From the NCBI GenBank assembly GCA_964422585.1, contig CAYRBH010000002.1, forward strand, positions 13,428 to 77,427: DNA of 64,000 bases. Direction: 5' to 3'. Of this stretch, positions 60,850-64,000 are shown one piece after another. The first letter of the stretch is position 1. Each line of letters starts with the position of its first letter. The stretch comes from an uncultured Gammaproteobacteria bacterium. GTDB taxonomy: Bacteria; Patescibacteriota; Patescibacteriia; UBA1558; 2-01-FULL-52-15. The notes beneath the pieces are model-generated. The model was given only the letters and a program-made list of their open reading frames with translations. It made no database searches and was not told the DNA's origin. The position numbers and the translations under genes were made by a program.

Positions 60850-62498
60850 ATATTCGATCAGCCTATCAGTATGTGAGGCGAGTAACGCGGGAGCATTGGT
60901 TGTATGGTGTAGCGTCAGTAACATTCGTGCTGCTCACAAGTATGGGACAGTTGAACTTTGCCGTGCATACGCCGGCAGGGTATGCGTATACTGGCGCGAA
61001 TCCCTACACTGCTGCTGACAAGATGGTCTATAAGAATATGATACAGCAGGGAAGGGAGGGGATACTGTTCATGCGCAATGTGCATACGACCGATCCGCAG
61101 CATGGACGTATGCTCTCGCCAGTATGGTATGTGATAGGGCAGACTGGGGCTTGGTTCAACCTGACGAACAATGCGGCTTACCAGATCTACCGAGTTCTTT
61201 TCACGCTTATCTTTTGCTGGCTGCTATATTTATTTTTGGCGCAGCTCTTTGTTCATGAAGTCGAGCGGGTCATCGCCGGTCTTTTCGTCTATTTTTCCGG
61301 AGGGTTTGGCTGGCTCTATCTGATCACGCATCCGTGGCTCCTACAGGCGTCGAGTCAGATAAAATTTTTCTTTTCGCCGGTTGATCTGTATGTTACTGAG
61401 GGGAATACCTTATTGAATTTCGCTCAAGCGCCTTTGTTCAGTTTTTCGCAGGTCGCCTTAGTCGCGAGCGCGTTCATCTTTGTCAGGTATCGAGAGAAGG
61501 TTAATTGGCTCTGGGATAGCGTGAACGCTGCCATCATACTGGTGCTCGGTACTATGCATCCCTATGATATGCCTATTGTCTTCGCCGTCTTAGGCTCATG
61601 GACGGTGTGGCATATCTATACTTCTGGCTCATGGTTGAGCTTGAAGCGTTTCATGTTATTGGGTTGCGCCGCGCTCATAACTATTGCCTATAATTTCTAC
61701 GCGCTTTTCAGTGAGCCGGTCTTGCGATCATGGTATGAGCAGAACCTGGTGTATTCGCCGCTCATAACGAACTACCTCTGGGGATATGGATTGCTCCTAC
61801 CCTTAGCGCTCGTGGGATTGTTCATGATGGGCACACAGAAGAAGCATGATCCATGGTGGGCGATGATCTTGATTTGGTGCGCTATCATACCGCTGCTCTT
61901 ATATCTTCCGCTCGATGTGAATAGGCGCTTCATCAATGGCTGGCATATTGTTTTGGCGATAACGGCCTATGCTGGATGCAGCTACCTTTTCCGCGCGATA
62001 CACAGGCAATGGCTTCGGGTAATCTACGTGCTTATCCTTGCTGTGGCGCTCGGCAGTTCTCTTGGTCTGTATTTTGTTATCAATCTCTATTTTGAACCGA
62101 GCGCGTATGGGTATGGCTACTACTATATCACGCCAGATGAGAAGCAGGTGATAGATTTTCTGCGAGGTGCAACGACGGTGAATGATCACCTGCTGACTTC
62201 AGACATGAAAACATCGTTCACGCTCACCAGCGAATTGAATCGGCTCGTCTTTCGCGGACATGATCATCAGACACCGCAGGCGCCGCTGAAACAGCAGCAG
62301 ATGGATTGGTTCTTTTCAGAGCCGGAAACCTCGGCGAGTCTTGAGTTGCGCAAGAACTTTTTACAACAAGAGACGATATCTTATATCGTCGTTAGCTCAC
62401 TTCGGTTAGGGCATGAAGTGCAGTGGCTTGAGACAGCGCCTTTCGTGAAGAAAGTTATGAACGCAGGGCCGCTCACGGTCTATCGCGTTGTATTGTAA
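60846..62498 (+). CDS. Large polytopic membrane protein, tandem paralog B
   Basis: 550 aa. Overlaps the upstream gene by 4 nt. Paralogous to 59227..60849. Confidence 0.45.
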   Translation: MNIRSAYQYVRRVTREHWLYGVASVTFVLLTSMGQLNFAVHTPAGYAYTGANPYTAADKMVYKNMIQQGREGILFMRNVHTTDPQHGRMLSPVWYVIGQTGAWFNLTNNAAYQIYRVLFTLIFCWLLYLFLAQLFVHEVERVIAGLFVYFSGGFGWLYLITHPWLLQASSQIKFFFSPVDLYVTEGNTLLNFAQAPLFSFSQVALVASAFIFVRYREKVNWLWDSVNAAIILVLGTMHPYDMPIVFAVLGSWTVWHIYTSGSWLSLKRFMLLGCAALITIAYNFYALFSEPVLRSWYEQNLVYSPLITNYLWGYGLLLPLALVGLFMMGTQKKHDPWWAMILIWCAIIPLLLYLPLDVNRRFINGWHIVLAITAYAGCSYLFRAIHRQWLRVIYVLILAVALGSSLGLYFVINLYFEPSAYGYGYYYITPDEKQVIDFLRGATTVNDHLLTSDMKTSFTLTSELNRLVFRGHDHQTPQAPLKQQQMDWFFSEPETSASLELRKNFLQQETISYIVVSSLRLGHEVQWLETAPFVKKVMNAGPLTVYRVVL

Positions 62499-63991
62499 CT
62501 GTAACTACTGATTTCTGTGGCATCGCTCGTCGGATGGATGCTCTTGATCCCGCTCAACTCAATCGATCCTTTGCTCCAGGCATAGAGCCGCAGCATAATA
62601 TTTTTCGTGGCCGGACCAATGAATACAGGCATGTGTACGGTAGACGCTCCGTCGAGCTCGCCAATTCCAAACAGATCGTACCCGAGCGGTAGGCGGAATG
62701 TTTCGCTAGCGTCAGACACTTCAAGGTAGTAGTATTTCTGGGTGTTTGTCTTTTGCGGCAGAGCGATCGTTACGGCGATATGATCAGCATCTGGCGATAC
62801 TTGCGTGATAGTCGCTGCAGCGTCCGCGGTTTGAGAAGTATGCCGTAGTGCGGCAAGCTGCTGTACTGTGCCGGCATCAGTAGCTCGTTGTAATACATAG
62901 ATAGGACCTTCTGCTCTAATGATAGAAAATTGAGATAGTATAGTTCGAAGATTTTTGGGTACCGTATCTGCATACGGACTGAAAGCGGCGTTTTGACTGA
63001 AATGCATCTGCGCTAATACCATTTCATCCCAATCAATAAGCAGATACTCGGTGTTTTCCGGCAGCGCATACTCACTCAATGCGAATTGATTTTTACCGAT
63101 CGCGGCATAAGGGAATAAGTACACATACTGTCGACTAGAAACGGTCGGTAGCAGGGAGTAGGTCGTAGCGACTGCAGCATCGCTAGGCAGTGCAGCAAGC
63201 ATATGCTCTTTAGCAACTAGCTCATGCGGCTTCTGCCACCAAGCAAGAGCGGTCGAGATCGATCCATAGGTCGCGGCAGCATAGAGTGCGGCACAAGCGA
63301 TGATCGCAGAGAGTACGCGTCGTGAGCGGAGTTCTACCGGCAGCCATCCAGGAAGTTTTGTGAAGTCGAAATCTCGTACCTGCAGCGCGAATAAGAGGAA
63401 CAGTATGGCAACAAGGTAACCGGCATAGTAGGTGCCGAGTATGAGTCCGCTTCCTCCGAAACCTGCCAGCAGTATTTGCGCCGCAGGAGGAATGAGTAGC
63501 AGGGAGTATCGATTCCGGAATGAGACAAAGAAGAAGAACGGGAACAATAACCCAAGCACGAATTCCAGGTTATACCAGGTGGTGAGATGCGCGAGTACTT
63601 GGATCGGATGCAGGGCGAAACTCGCGATGATGGACCAGAGAGTAGTGCCCCCGAGCCAGTCATAGTAGCGTAAAAATTTATACGAATTCTGTGGCGCATA
63701 GAGACTGATCGTCCAGAAGGCAAGAATGCCCCATGCCGCCGAAGAAAGGATTGGATAGAGCTTCCAGAATAGTGATCGTTTATCCAGCAGGGCCAGTATG
63801 CTGAATACAAAAAAGATACAGACGAAGTCTTCGCGCATGCCGAGAGTGAAGAGAGAAGCAATGATGAAGAGGGTTGGTTTCTCTTTGAGATAGGCCCAGA
63901 TCGTCCAGAGTAGCCCCAGCACAGCAAAGGACATAAGCTCGAACTCAAAGAAATTCATATTATGTACCAGAGGATTCACCAGCCAGAGCAT
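62480..63991 (-). CDS. Large polytopic membrane protein (convergent, 19-nt 3' overlap)
   Basis: 503 aa with multiple TM segments. N-terminus close to the window edge. Confidence 0.4.
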   Translation of the reverse strand: MLWLVNPLVHNMNFFEFELMSFAVLGLLWTIWAYLKEKPTLFIIASLFTLGMREDFVCIFFVFSILALLDKRSLFWKLYPILSSAAWGILAFWTISLYAPQNSYKFLRYYDWLGGTTLWSIIASFALHPIQVLAHLTTWYNLEFVLGLLFPFFFFVSFRNRYSLLLIPPAAQILLAGFGGSGLILGTYYAGYLVAILFLLFALQVRDFDFTKLPGWLPVELRSRRVLSAIIACAALYAAATYGSISTALAWWQKPHELVAKEHMLAALPSDAAVATTYSLLPTVSSRQYVYLFPYAAIGKNQFALSEYALPENTEYLLIDWDEMVLAQMHFSQNAAFSPYADTVPKNLRTILSQFSIIRAEGPIYVLQRATDAGTVQQLAALRHTSQTADAAATITQVSPDADHIAVTIALPQKTNTQKYYYLEVSDASETFRLPLGYDLFGIGELDGASTVHMPVFIGPATKNIMLRLYAWSKGSIELSGIKSIHPTSDATEISSYSYNTTR

Positions 63992-64000
63992 GCTGATGAA

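Overview
This 64 kb window comes from a low-GC (~45%) bacterial chromosome and spans the replication origin: GT2 <- dnaN <- dnaA <- [oriC-like spacer] -> rpmH -> rnpA -> yidD -> yidC. Around the origin are housekeeping and envelope genes, including an alpha-glucan locus, tyrS, PBP1A, trxA/trxB and gdh. They also include nusA, H+-pyrophosphatase, trigger factor, rnhB, ssb, three tRNAs with encoded CCA, a type IV pilin-like protein and several large polytopic membrane proteins. The short YidC, the pilin, the glycogen/GH57 set and the many GT-C-like membrane proteins are compatible with a small-genome, Patescibacteria-like organism; that is inference only. The main anomaly is compositional: three blocks (~12.56-14.2 kb, ~41.57-48.15 kb, ~49.9-54.6 kb) have clearly higher coding GC (~55-62% by eye) than the rest. 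They carry two secreted proteins, one with a Cys-rich tail, and a set of nucleotide-biosynthesis genes: purA, guaB, purD, pyrF, a PRTase and a MazG-like NTP pyrophosphohydrolase. A ParB-like nuclease-domain protein and an RpoD-like sigma factor lie in the same block. A low-GC ABC transporter operon with its own promoter and terminators splits these blocks. A ~0.7 kb GC-rich non-coding segment sits between a consensus promoter and a strong terminator and is a candidate large ncRNA or decayed gene. No CRISPR array, integrase, transposase or recognisable defence system was seen. All calls rest on motif recognition by eye; no searches were run.
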